A stretch of 18,102 nt of DNA, from contig JANKJI020000004.1 in NCBI GenBank assembly GCA_024626585.2, positions 8,456,349 to 8,474,450 on the forward strand. Reading direction: 5' to 3'. Both the position numbers and the translations under genes were made by a program. Positions 1 to 11,292 of the stretch are shown here, one piece after another. The notes beneath the pieces are model-generated. The model had not been told where the DNA came from. It was given only the letters and a program-made list of their open reading frames with translations, and searched no databases. Every line of letters starts with the position of its first letter. Position 1 is the first letter of the stretch. This DNA is from Ginkgo biloba (Eukaryota > Plantae > Ginkgophyta).

Positions 1-38
1 TCCTCTTCAATGTGTTTTCTCTATCAGTATGGTACGTG

Positions 39-1749
39 ATCCCCAAAACTGTAAAGCGGTTGAAAGGATTCTGGGGATTGAATAGGTACTATTAGAAGTT
101 TATAAAGGTCTATGTTTATTTCTCATCCATTAGAAACCTTTGAAGAAAGGAATTGACTAGGTTAGGACTGAAGAGTAATAGGAAGTATTCAAGATGCTAA
201 AACAAAAGATTGTACATGCACTGATAATACTCTTCCTAGACCAGAATAGAATGCTTGATATTCATGTGGAGCGTTGTTGTTTGTAAGTGGATGTGTGTTA
301 GCCGAATTGGGTGAAGGAAATGTTGATCATGCTTGATACCTGGCAAGTAGAAAACCGACCTCAACAAAATAGAATTGCACTGTTACAGAGAGAGAAGGGT
401 AGGCATGGTGTATGCAATTCAAAAATTCAGGCTTTAGCTATTTTGTCGATCATTAATCCCTAGTGTATCTTATCAACAAGCCCCTATTACAAGGCCAAGT
501 AAGTTGATGGATGTTATTGTTATGAGAGTTAAAATCATTGTGAAACTAGGGAAGAATCATGTGGTCCATGATCAATTATCTCAAACTGAGACAAGAGAAG
601 ATGCTATTAGAACTAATGATGACTTTTCATATGCCAACTTGTTCCACATTGAAACCAGATGAGAATGGTAAGCATTGCTCAATATTTATCTACTGGCCAA
701 ACACTACTAGGATTAGATAAGGTGGAGTGAAAAAGCCTTCCACAAAAAGTGCTTCCATATCAGCTCATTAGATGAGTCCTATACTAGTCAAGACCAAATC
801 ACATTGTGTTGTTGTGTAGTACCACACAAGGTCTATACTATCATTCGCTAGGCCCATGAAGGCCCTTTAGGAGGATATGTGGCCAATAATGCCATGCTGA
901 GAAAAATATTGCATGCTAGACTAGGGTGGACAACATTATTCGACTATGTGAGGAGGTGGATTAAGAGATGCGATCGTTATCAGAGGGCTGGAAAAACCAA
1001 TTGGCAAATGCTCCAACTAGTGTATTCGATTCTAGCTATCATCCCATTTGAACATTAAGGTAATGATTTTGTAGACAAAACTTGATTTTTATATGAGATG
1101 ATTATTACATGATGTGGCTGCCTTGTGCAATTAACTTGTGATCAAGGAGCAAGTTTTATAAACAAACTTGTGCAAGAGTTAATTAAAGAATTTATAATTG
1201 CCCATCAGGAGTCTATGCCATATTACCCACGATGCATTGACCAAGTAGAGAGCTCCAACAAATATTAGAAGATGTGCTTACAAAAATTTGTGATGTTGGA
1301 CGAATAGATTTGACTAAGAAAATTCATAAAGTGTTGTGTGTATTTCGCACAATGCAAAGATGTGCCAATGGGGAGACGCCATTCCAATTGGTGTATGGAC
1401 GAGAGGGATCATTCCCATCGAATTTAAAGTTACTAGCCTTTGAGTTGCTTTAGAATACAGGATAAGAGAAGAAGAGTCCATTGTAGGACATTTACAACTA
1501 GAAGAAAAGGAATGGTAGAAGGCATGGAATAAGTGTTGCATTCGAGCATGAACGTTTCATAAATAAAATAAGTTCTTGTTATATGATAGTAAATTTCATA
1601 CCAAGCTTGTTAAATTAAAGATGTTTTGGCTTGGAACTTAGATAATTGGGCATGTGAATGAAAATGGTTTGGTATAGTTGAAGTAATTAGATGGTCAACT
1701 ATTGCTTAAGTTGGTAAATGTAAGTCATCTGAAGCTCTACCACGATTAA
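39..1749 (+). pseudogene. pol: Degenerate Ty3/gypsy pol (RT C-terminus, RNase H, integrase); non-chromovirus, Athila/Tat-like
   Basis: Manual translation across stops and frameshifts. RT end: PKTVKRLKGFWGLNRYY*KFIK (cf. LRGFLGLxGYYRRFIK). RNase H: YLASRKPTSTK*NCTVTERE...FVDH*SLVYLINK...WMLLL*E...KLGKNHVVHDQLSQ. Integrase Zn finger: AHEGPLGGY...WIKRCDRYQRAG. Core: PFEH*GNDFV...TCDQGASF...PYYPRCIDQVESSNK and GETPFQLVYG. C-terminus: ...VNVSHLKLYHD*. The RT-RH-INT order is gypsy; no chromodomain is seen. Confidence 0.93.
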
Positions 1750-1851
1750 TTGCCTTTGTAGCAAGGTCATGTGTACTATATACATGCTGTAGTATGATAA
1801 CAGTCGGGATAGTATATGAAAAGTTAGAAAAAATTGAAAGAGTTAAAAATT

Positions 1852-1868
1852 AAAAAAAAAAAAAAAAA
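1852..1868 (+). repeat. Poly(A)17 tract in the A-rich 3' untranslated region of the gypsy element
   Basis: 17 consecutive A between the pol stop and the PPT, with further A runs to ~1908. Confidence 0.85.
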
Positions 1869-1956
1869 TGATGAAATTCCATAAAACGTTGAAAAACATT
1901 AAAAAAAATTGGGTATTCTCTTGTTTATCATTCGTGATGACTAGGAAAGACGATCT

Positions 1957-1968
1957 AGTTGGGGGAAA
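1957..1968 (+). promoter_or_regulatory. Polypurine tract (PPT) of the gypsy element
   Basis: AGTTGGGGGAAA lies ~200 bp after the integrase stop, immediately before TGCTATAATGTCC (LTR start). Confidence 0.75.
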
Positions 1969-2220
1969 TGCTATAATGTCCTTTGAGGGTGAATAAGAAG
2001 TGATGTATTTAAGGAGGCTAAAAAATTTTGTGGGTAAGGGAACATGGATGATAGGTAGTTACCCTCGCTCAACACCAAAGCTCCTTTAAAAAAATTCACT
2101 CATCTTGCTTGAGTGAGAACACTTAATAATGTCTAACGAGATGTTAGCAAAATAATCATGACATGTCATTGACGTTGAAATCAAAATGTAGCAACATGAT
2201 TATGATGAAGGAATGACATG

Positions 2221-2304
2221 GCAAGCAATAGTACAGAATGATGATGTGGCAAGCAATAGTATAGAATGATGATGCGACAAGCAATAATATAGATTAATGA
2301 TGTA
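2221..2304 (+). repeat. 28-bp tandem repeat x3 in the LTR U3 region
   Basis: GCAAGCAATAGTACAGAATGATGATGTG / GCAAGCAATAGTATAGAATGATGATGCG / ACAAGCAATAATATAGATTAATGATGTA. Confidence 0.9.
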
Positions 2305-2866
2305 AGCAACATAACATCAATTGCATTTAATGTAGGAATAATGACATCAACAGTAGGATAGAATCAAGGTGCATTTATTATAGCAAGGGATAGTAGATGA
2401 TGTCAACATATGATGTTAGCATAATAGCAACAAATAAATAGATTTGAACAATATTTATGTAGATCATGAGGTTAGCAAGTATGATAGGATAGCAAATCAT
2501 TTATGAGGCCTAATGTTAGCCCTAACAACAATGTTTATGATGCATTTATGGCAAAGGCCAAGCCACAATTAATGCATGCAGTAGTGCATTAATGAGGGAG
2601 ATGACATTAGTCTTGTATAGTAGAGTAAGACAATTATTATGGAAAGTTAGAAACATTTAATAAGGATGACATTAGCCCTTAAATGGTGCATTAAATCAAA
2701 AAGATAAAATCACAATTAATGAGGCACTAATGGCAAAACCCTAGGCACATTCATGAACAATTAGGTTGTATTAATTAGGGTTCATAAATGAAAGAACATG
2801 AGCATTCAATGAAGGGTGATAACATTTGACTTTAAGGAAATGACGCATTTGTGAAGATAGAGAATG

Positions 2867-2875
2867 TATAAATAG
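2867..2875 (+). promoter_or_regulatory. LTR TATA box
   Basis: TATAAATAG(GAGAG); the counterpart TATAAGTAGGAGAG sits at 4361 in LTR copy B, and both are preceded by AAGGAAATGAC. Confidence 0.6.
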
Positions 2876-3109
2876 GAGAGAAAGTCCCTCCAAAAGTGTG
2901 AGGGCCAAGAGCAATCAATTAGGGTTACGTGTGAGAGACTTTCCCTAAGCAATTGTACTATGTACCCATGATTTATGAAATGATAAATGAGGATTGTTAC
3001 AAGCACAAATTGGCTCCTCCTTGTCTAAAGGAGATTATTCTCTAGTGGTAAGTCTAAGGGGTTGCATGGACACATGCAATCATCAAAATGACCACTATGA
3101 AAGACTTGG

Positions 3110-3452
3110 ACAAGTTGAAAGGCCATTAGGAAGCTGAACAGTCACTGGAAGATGAATAATCATTGAAAGATGAATAGTCATTGGGCAAACAACCATGGAA
3201 AGTTGATGGCCATTAGAAGCAAAATGGTCGTCTGAAATTGAATGGTCATCGGAAGCTGAACAATCATTGAGAGATGAATAGTCATTGAACGAACGACCAT
3301 GGAAAGTTGAATCGGCATTGGAAGTTGAATGACCATTGAAAGTTGAACGGTCACTAGAAGATGAACAATCACCAAAAGTTGAAGAGTCGTCAAAACTTGG
3401 ACCATCATCAGAAGTCGAATAGTCACTGGAAGGTGAAGGGTCACCAGAAGTT
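3110..3452 (+). repeat. Degenerate 18-bp minisatellite (~19 units, consensus ~GGAAGTTGAAYRGTCAYT), truncated by the gap
   Basis: Units read directly, e.g. GGAAGCTGAACAGTCACT (3129), GGAAGATGAATAATCATT (3147), GAAAGTTGAACGGTCACT (3338), AGAAGTCGAATAGTCACT (3410), GGAAGGTGAAGGGTCACC (3428). Confidence 0.92.
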
Positions 3453-3552
3453 NNNNNNNNNNNNNNNNNNNNNNNNNNNNNNNNNNNNNNNNNNNNNNNN
3501 NNNNNNNNNNNNNNNNNNNNNNNNNNNNNNNNNNNNNNNNNNNNNNNNNNNN

Positions 3553-4629
3553 GGTAGTTACCCTCGCTCAACACCAAAGCTCCTTTAAAAACATTCACTC
3601 ATCTTGCTTGAGTGAGAACACTTAATAGTGTCCAACAAGATGTTGGTAGAATATTGGTGACGTGGTGATGACATAGCGCGGACATCAAAGAATTAGTAAT
3701 TATGACAAATGATTAAATTTAGGATGTAATTAGGACAAAGACAACGAATGTGATGCATTTGGGACGTAACAACCCTTGATGATGTGGCAACAAACTATGA
3801 TGACATGGCAATAGACTCCCATGGTGTGGCGAGAATTTAGATGATGTTAGCAATAAATTTTATTATTGAATTCAAGTGCAATAAATGAAATAATTATGGT
3901 GCAGAAAGGACAACATGATGGTGTTAACAATGAAGGCAAGGACACTGTATTTTTTTCCTAAAATATGATGTTAACAAATCCAAAGAATACAATGACATTA
4001 ATGGCATCAATGTTAGCCCCAAAAACCTGCATTTAATGTTTATATCAGACACATTAATTGCTAAAGTAAGATGCATTAATTGCACCAATAAAGTAACATT
4101 TATTATTGAAAGAAAGATGCATTTAATGAGCAAGAAATAAACACATTTAATGGTCATTAATGGATCCTTAGATGCATTTATTGCAGGCAATTCAACTAGC
4201 ATTCAATGCTAATCACAATTCACATCTATTAGGGCAAGGAAGGTGCATTAATTAGAGTATTAATTAAGAGACATGATGCAATTAATGAAAAGGTAGAATT
4301 AGGGTTATGGAATTTGATTCCAAAAGGAAATGACAATTTGTTTATTAAGAGAGAGAAACCTATAAGTAGGAGAGAGAGTAAACCGCTCCTAGATGCGAGA
4401 ACCAATCATAGGTGTTTTGGCTTAGGTGTGAGAGGTATCAATGATTAGTTACAATCATTCAATGAGGCAGTGAATGAGGATTGTACCCCAAATATTGTCT
4501 TGATGTTTGTGCACTTCATTTATGATGCGTTCTATGTAATTAATGCATGTTATATCCTCATATGAATGTTTTGACTTATTGCTAATGGGGGGCTCCGCAC
4601 CTAAAACCCATTCTTAGTCAACTTTAACA
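3553..4629 (+). mobile_element. Paralogous LTR (copy B); 3' or solo LTR with its 5' end lost in the gap
   Basis: 3553-3627 matches 2054-2128 at 74/75 nt. Homology then weakens (TGATGTGGCAA and TGATGTTAGCA motifs, TATA block, ATGAGGATTGT at ~4474 vs ~2987). Candidate end ...GTCAACTTTAACA at 4629, with no PBS after it. Confidence 0.7.
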
Positions 4630-7600
4630 AGAAGAATGATAAAAATGCGTAGCAACCAATAACTTTCTATGAATTGGGTATTTGGTCATTATTGAGTACA
4701 TGGACTTGAAGTGCCAAGTGGAGAGCCTTTTTCAACTTGCTTTACTATATTTCTTTGACGTGTCTTTTGCCATTCAATTTTAAATCCAAAAGTATCTCCC
4801 AAAGGTTTGAACGCTATTTGTTGTCATGGACTTGCCTTCTTCTCTTCAAGGTTGGTTAAGAAGTCATCTTCCAAGTGACTAGTGACAGTTAACTAGCCAT
4901 GGTTCTTTGGGAGTTTTATGTGTAGATATGAACCCCCCTTACTATTTCTTCAATTCGGGTACCTAAAGTTGGGGCTAGTTGATAACTCTACATGATTGAG
5001 CATTTAGAGGTGAAGGAAGTCTACAAAGGTGCTATTGACAATCATAATAACCAAGTCATATGCAAGGAAGGTAGTGAGAAACTACACAAAACAATTGCCA
5101 AAGACAATAACTCATGAAGTCCTAGGAATAAAGGTGCCCTCTGTGTTGTTCTAAGTAGGTAAAACTTTAAGGTCATGTAGAATACAACAATCGTTGCTAA
5201 GCATTGTTTTTTTAGGGAATTTATTGAAGGCAAGATGACTTTTGCCAAAATTTTGTAATTAACCCATCTTCATGCCATTTAATCCTAACATTATGAATTG
5301 AATTTAATTTACAATATCCTTTATCAACATAACATATGTTCTCTCTCCAATAGCTCTAGCATTCATTCAAGATCACAAGATATCTCAATTAGCCCTACAT
5401 CATTTGTTTGGAATTCATTCTCCATCCTTCCATATGTTTTCATTTGGATGCACAACAAAAGAGTTAACAAGGCTAAATTTATANNNNNNNNNNNNNNNNN
5501 NNNNNNNNNNNNNNNNNNNNNNNNNNNNNNNNNNNNNNNNNNNNNNNNNNNNNNNNNNNNNNNNNNNNNNNNNNNNNNNNNNNNNNNNNNNNNNNNNNNN
5601 NNNNNNNNNNNNNNNNNNNNNNNNNNNNNNNNNNNNNNNNNNNNNNNNNNNNNNNNNNNNNNNNNNNNNNNNNNNNNNNNNNNNNNNNNNNNNNNNNNNN
5701 NNNNNNNNNNNNNNNNNNNNNNNNNNNNNNNNNNNNNNNNNNNNNNNNNNNNNNNNNNNNNNNNNNNNNNNNNNNNNNNNNNNNNNNNNNNNNNNNNNNN
5801 NNNNNNNNNNNNNNNNNNNNNNNNNNNNNNNNNNNNNNNNNNNNNNNNNNNNNNNNNNNNNNNNNNNNNNNNNNNNNNNNNNNNNNNNNNNNNNNNNNNN
5901 NNNNNNNNNNNNNNNNNNNNNNNNNNNNNNNNNNNNNNNNNNNNNNNNNNNNNNNNNNNNNNNNNNNNNNNNNNNNNNNNNNNNNNNNNNNNNNNNNNNN
6001 NNNNNNNNNNNNNNNNNNNNNNNNNNNNNNNNNNNNNNNNNNNNNNNNNNNNNNNNNNNNNNNNNNNNNNNNNNNNNNNNNNNNNNNNNNNNNNNNNNNN
6101 NNNNNNNNNNNNNNNNNNNNNNNNNNNNNNNNNNNNNNNNNNNNNNNNNNNNNNNNNNNNNNNNNNNNNNNNNNNNNNNNNNNNNNNNNNNNNNNNNNNN
6201 NNNNNNNNNAAATGTTAGGATTGTATGCATGATTCAGACACAAACTTAAATTAAGAAACAAGAATCCATAGTTATTTACATTAGGAGATTTTGACTTACT
6301 CACTGAGATACGGATCATAATCAGTTCATGATTAGGTCAAAGACAAAAAAGCATTGCCCTAATCTCTTTGAATTTGTCTAATAACACCTTGGGAGCATAC
6401 CAAATAACAAGGTGCATGTCCTTCATCTTGTTAGCGTGGCCCTCTCTTCGTCGATCAAAGTCAATCTTCCACTACATTGCTACCACTAGAGAGTGGACTT
6501 GGGGGGGATAAATCCCCAAGAATCCATTAGCACAAAACTAAGAGGATCAATTGCTTGTTTTTGAAGAAGGCTTCGATTGTTTAAATGTGAATCATCTAAT
6601 CTCTCTACTTAGAAACCCACCTTTGCAACAAATGTCATTTGTGTACTAGTTTGGGATTTAGTAAGCAAAGTGAAGGAGCTTGGCCAAATGACTATGTCAA
6701 TCAATTGAGAATAAGGGTACCCACTATGGCATGCTAGTACAACTCCATGGCTTTTGTACTATCTCAAGAGTCATGTGGGTGCTAACCCTCCTCCAGTTGT
6801 CCTGCCCTACGACAAGTGCTCATGCACAAGGGAAAGCTAGTACAATCCCTATCCAAGATATCAAAATTGTCCTCATAGTGATATAACCATGCATGCATAT
6901 TCCACAATAATTGGGCTTTAAAACCCAAGCAAATAGTCACACACATAGTCTAATGACCCATATTTTGCATAATGGCATAAGATAGACTATACAACAGACT
7001 CAACCTTTCATTCTAAGGTTGCCTCATATTATAGATCTAAATCTAGCATTCTAGGGTTTTCCATACCCATGCATATCAATCAATCATAGTTTTGGCTCGT
7101 AAAATATACAATAAATAATATAAGATGAGGCAATCAATAAATACCTTTCTAGGGTGAAAACCTNNNNNNNNNNNNNNNNNNNNNNNNNNNNNNNAGGCTT
7201 ACTAGTCACTAGGTCACGTTCGATAGCTCTCCTTTAGCTTGGATATAGAAACTAGATGTATAAATGATGTAGGAAGTAGTTTGGTAGCCTCCAGACAGGT
7301 TCAACCTCATTTTGTAGGTTTGCTGGGCCTTCCTTCAACTTTAGATAACAAGAAAACCCCTAGACAGGGTTTGACCTTCAACAGGGACAACAAAGAGGAC
7401 TTCTTATGCTAAAGAAGNNNNNNNNNNNNNNNNNNNNNNNNNNNNNNNNNNNNNNNNNNNNNNNNNNNNNNNNNNNNNNNNNNNNNNNNNNNNNNNNNNN
7501 NNNNNNNNNNNNNNNNNNNNNNNNNNNNNNNNNNNNNNNNNNNNNNNNNNNNNNNNNNNNNNNNNNNNNNNNNNNNNNNNNNNNNNNNNNNNNNNNNNNN

Positions 7601-9259
7601 NNNNNNNNNNNNNNNNNNNNNNNNNNNNNNNNNNNNNNNNNNNNNNNNNNNNNNNNNNNNNNNNNNNNNNNNNNNNNNNNNNNNNNNNNNNNNNNNNNNN
7701 NNNNNNNNNNNNNNNNNNNNNNNNNNNNNNNNNNNNNNNNNNNNNNNNNNNNNNNNNNNNNNNNNNNNNNNNNNNNNNNNNNNNNNNNNNNNNNNNNNNN
7801 NNNNNNNNNNNNNNNNNNNNNNNNNNNNNNNNNNNNNNNNNNNNNNNNNNNNNNNNNNNNNNNNNNNNNNNNNNNNNNNNNNNNNNNNNNNNNNNNNNNN
7901 NNNNNNNNNNNNNNNNNNNNNNNNNNNNNNNNNNNNNNNNNNNNNNNNNNNNNNNNNNNNNNNNNNNNNNNNNNNNNNNNNNNNNNNNNNNNNNNNNNNN
8001 NNNNNNNNNNNNNNNNNNNNNNNNNNNNNNNNNNNNNNNNNNNNNNNNNNNNNNNNNNNNNNNNNNNNNNNNNNNNNNNNNNNNNNNNNNNNNNNNNNNN
8101 NNNNNNNNNNNNNNNNNNNNNNNNNNNNNNNNNNNNNNNNNNNNNNNNNNNNNNNNNNNNNNNNNNNNNNNNNNNNNNNNNNNNNNNNNNNNNNNNNNNN
8201 NNNNNNNNNNNNNNNNNNNNNNNNNNNNNNNNNNNNNNNNNNNNNNNNNNNNNNNNNNNNNNNNNNNNNNNNNNNNNNNNNNNNNNNNNNNNNNNNNNNN
8301 NNNNNNNNNNNNNNNNNNNNNNNNNNNNNNNNNNNNNNNNNNNNNNNNNNNNNNNNTTGCTAACTAATTATTTGTTACCATGGTTGAAAATGATTAATAA
8401 TCCTAATTTATGGTTCACTTTGCCTGTCAAAGAATAGAAAGAAACCCTAAATGCATGTAAATGAAATAAATAAAATATTTAATCCTATTGGTCACCTCTC
8501 ACAGGCCTAGAAAGTAACAATAAAAGAAGTAACAGAAAGGAAGAGAGTTAGGGTCAAGTGATGTTAGCAAGAAATTCAACCCAGTGTTATAGGCCGACGG
8601 CAAATAAAATTTTAGATGAGTTCAGCAAGGGTAATTAGATGCACCTCTAGGAACACCACCCTGAGATTTAGCAGAAAGAAGGTGTCTAACCTTCCATTTA
8701 GCCGACCTTGGTGTAATATTTCAAAAATACAACTCATTATCTCACCAAAATGACAATAGACACTCAATGGATTAAGAGGTTTCCTAAGCCTTGATCTCAA
8801 TATAATCCATCCTCACGACTTACTCATTGTACAAGTAACAATTCTACACATATTGCACAAAGAAATATCACATGTTGGCACTTATACACATACCACCGTT
8901 GATTGACCATTCATAGAGATTCATAATACATGAAATAATAATGCAAGAGAATATTATTAATGTGGTAAAACTATTACACAAAAAAACAAAGATAAGAAGA
9001 TAATGAGCTAACAAAGATCAGTGTAGAAAACGAGAGCCACAATTTTCATTGACTTGTCGTGCAACTGCAAATTTGAATTGCACCTCTTTCCATTCATTTA
9101 GCTAGATTCAACTTGTTCTTAGGGGTTGAGACTTTGCTTTAGGCTCTTCTTGGATACATTTTCTTCACAGAATTACAACCTATAGAAAAATCTCTCGGTA
9201 TTGCAACACAACATCAATGAAACAACAAAATATGCCCTTTGCGATCTAATTGCTCCCAC
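4630..9259 (-). mobile_element. Unclassified, heavily decayed retroelement-like sequence (possibly a minus-strand LTR end near 8751, long leader, decayed ORF)
   Basis: The minus strand reads ...TTGTCA|TTTTGGTGAG at 8751, like an LTR-end/PBS junction. A stop-interrupted minus frame near 6300-6490 gives WKIDFDRRREGHANKMKDMHLVIWYAPKVLLDKFKEIRAML. No diagnostic domain recognised; ~1.7 kb is N. Confidence 0.3.
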
Positions 9260-9381
9260 CTTAGTCACTAGGTTCGAGTTCGAATTTGAATTCGGCAAGT
9301 AAAAAAATGGTCAAAAAATCGAGAAGGTCGAAAGTGTGTGAAAAAAATTGCCATAAAATTCGTAAGGCCCTATGTTCTTAT

Positions 9382-10262
9382 TGTAGACCTGCCTCCCTCA
9401 CCATATCTTGTTTTCCATCNNNNNNNNNNNNNNNNNNNNNNNNNNNNNNNNNNNNNNNNNNNNNNNNNNNNNNNNNNNNNNNNNNNNNNNNNNNNNNNNN
9501 NNNNNNNNNNNNNNNNNNNNNNNNNNNNNNNNNNNNNNNNNNNNNNNNNNNNNNNNNNNNNNNNNNNNNNNNNNNNNNNNNNNNNNNNNNNNNNNNNNNN
9601 NNNNNNNNNNNNNNNNNNNNNNNNNNNNNNNNNNNNNNNNNNNNNNNNNNNNNNNNNNNNNNNNNNNNNNNNNNNNNNNNNNNNNNNNNNNNNNNNNNNN
9701 NNNNNNNNNNNNNNNNNNNNNNNNNNNNNNNNNNNNNNNNNNNNNNNNNNNNNNNNNNNNNNNNNNNNNNNNNNNNNNNNNNNNNNNNNNNNNNNNNNNN
9801 NNNNNNNNNNNNNNNNNNNNNNNGCTGCATGTATGGTTCTGGGATCCGACTGACAGACATATTACTGTATACTTCCTTCTAAGTGCGAATTCATTGTGAT
9901 TCATCATAACTGTGAATAGAACTCAACTCGTCATTGTTGTGAATAGTGTGTGGTTCGCTATAGCTGCTAATAGATCGCAACTCGTCAACAATATGAATAG
10001 ACTATTGTTCATCGTCACTATAACTATTTTCTTCATTNNNNNNNNNNNNNNNNNNNNNNNNNNNNNNNNNNNNNNNNNNNNNNNNNNCTTTCCTCATACG
10101 CTCCTGTATCCCGTCTTCTTTTATTAGTATTCTGTAATCTTGTGCCTAGTCCAACACTTAGGCGGATGGATTATCAAGTGAGGATGACTTCTCAAGGGGT
10201 CCTTCCTGTCTTTTGCCTAAAAGTATATGATTGTAATGACTTGTGTATAATTTATCTGAACA
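9382..10262. mobile_element. LTR-like fragment nested in the DNA transposon
   Basis: Starts TGTAGACC about 120 bp inside the TIR. Non-coding, with recurrent TGAATAG and CAACTCGTCA motifs (9911-10000). About half is N and the right boundary is uncertain. Confidence 0.35.
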
Positions 10263-10402
10263 TCTTTGTTCGTCTAAAGGCTTGATAACTATTTTTAAGC
10301 ACTTTCTTNNNNNNNNNNNNNNNNNNNNNNNNNNNNNNNNNNNNNNNNNNNNNNNNNNNNNNNNNNNNNNNNNNNNNNNNNNNNNNNNNNNNNNNNNNNN
10401 NN

Positions 10403-11278
10403 CGCCTACTACTATTTAATCTTCTTTTTCTGTTCTTTAAGTGGAGGAGGCACCCTATTTTCCTACTACAACTCATTTATTCTTGCCTCCTTTCTGAGTC
10501 TCTCCAGCAGATTCTACATATGGTCCTCTTTTCCCAATTTAATCCCTTTTATCGTTCCCAGGTTCTAATCTTTTGCTTCTCATTTTTTTAGTGGACACCC
10601 CTTGATTGGCTCATCCCTTACGCTCTTATCTCTTACATGGATTTGTTTTCATATTCNNNNNNNNNNATGTACTTAAATAACAATTCAGGTATAGAATTTA
10701 GGAACAATGTGTGTACTGGAGTGTAAAATTCTTCATATGTTTTATCAATAGACCAATGATTTCGCAACATGGTATCCCAACAACATTTCTCACCAACTTT
10801 CTCCCACCACTCTAGTGTGGTTTGCTTTGCTTTTTCAGGATCTAGCAATTTTCCTTGTCACTCAATTACTACTCTGTTGATGAGAACTCCTAATACTTCT
10901 CGATTGCGTCANNNNNNNNNNNNNNNNNNNNNNNNNNNNNNNNNNNNNNNNNNNNNNNNNNNNNNNNNNNNNNNNNNNNNNNNNGCATAGATATCTATTG
11001 GAGTATTGAAAATTAATTCCTCATGGGTGTTAGAGAAAAAATTATCTTTTGCAGTCTTCACTGAAATATTGTGGCGTTGAGTAGAGAATTAACCACCAGG
11101 TTGAGATTTTGTTGTACAATGGATCTTCTTCTATCAACGTCAGGTCCCTTGATTCTATTGTTGTCATTTCTGACAACGACATCAGTTCCCACTATCATAT
11201 TCAATCCTTATCATTGATTGTCAATGCATAACACCCTTGTCATTGTTCATTTTCACTTCACGATATTCTCATTCATAC
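10403..11278 (-). pseudogene. Decayed ORF downstream of the PBS (gag N-terminus or accessory ORF of the nested LTR element)
   Basis: Minus frames give IESRDLTLIEEDPLYNKISTWWLILYSTPQYF... and RNREVLGVLINRVVIE*QGKLLDPEKAKQTTLEWWEKVGEKCCWDTMLRNHWSIDKTYEEFYTPVHTLFLNSIPELLFKY. It lies directly 3' of the LTR and PBS. Confidence 0.4.
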
Positions 11279-11290
11279 GCAACGACGCCA
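11279..11290 (-). promoter_or_regulatory. Primer binding site, tRNA-Asp type
   Basis: The minus strand reads ...GCTTGACA|TT|TGGCGTCGTTGC, one mismatch from the TGGCGCCGTTGC PBS typical of Athila-type gypsy elements. Confidence 0.75.
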
Positions 11291-11292
11291 AA

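Larger units (their letters stand above)
1969..3452 (+). mobile_element. 3' LTR of the gypsy element (LTR copy A), running into a 100-N gap
   Basis: Begins right after the PPT (TG at 1969, or TATAATGTCC at 1972 as a mutated TGTAATGTCC). Contains TATAAATAG at 2867. Homologous to 3553-~4500. The part after ~3010 may be a separate insertion. Confidence 0.7.

Noticed and set aside
3110-3452. CRISPR-like array
   Set aside because: The units are contiguous and degenerate with no unique spacers, there are no cas genes, and the context is eukaryotic TE.
3095-3598. Ser/Asp-rich hexapeptide-repeat ORF on the minus strand
   Set aside because: It is a translation of the 18-bp array. It spans an N gap and switches repeat register midway (SD-rich to MTIHL-type) at a frameshifting short unit, so there is no sign of coding constraint.
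1969-4629. LTR A and LTR B as the two LTRs of one element
   Set aside because: A follows pol and the PPT, so it is a 3' LTR. B is too diverged and structurally different, and no internal region or PBS lies between them.
7203-7223. TAGTCACTAGGTCACGTTCG resembling the hAT TIR
   Set aside because: No inverted partner, TSD or subterminal repeats found, so possibly chance.
2735-8450. Scattered AAACCCTA/TTAGGGTT telo-box-like motifs
   Set aside because: Single units only, common in plant LTRs and leaders; not an interstitial telomeric array.
10633-10848. hAT dimerisation domain (WW motif)
   Set aside because: It lacks the PxLxxxAxxxL...SSxxCERxWS continuation and lies just 3' of an LTR and PBS, so it is more likely retroelement-derived.
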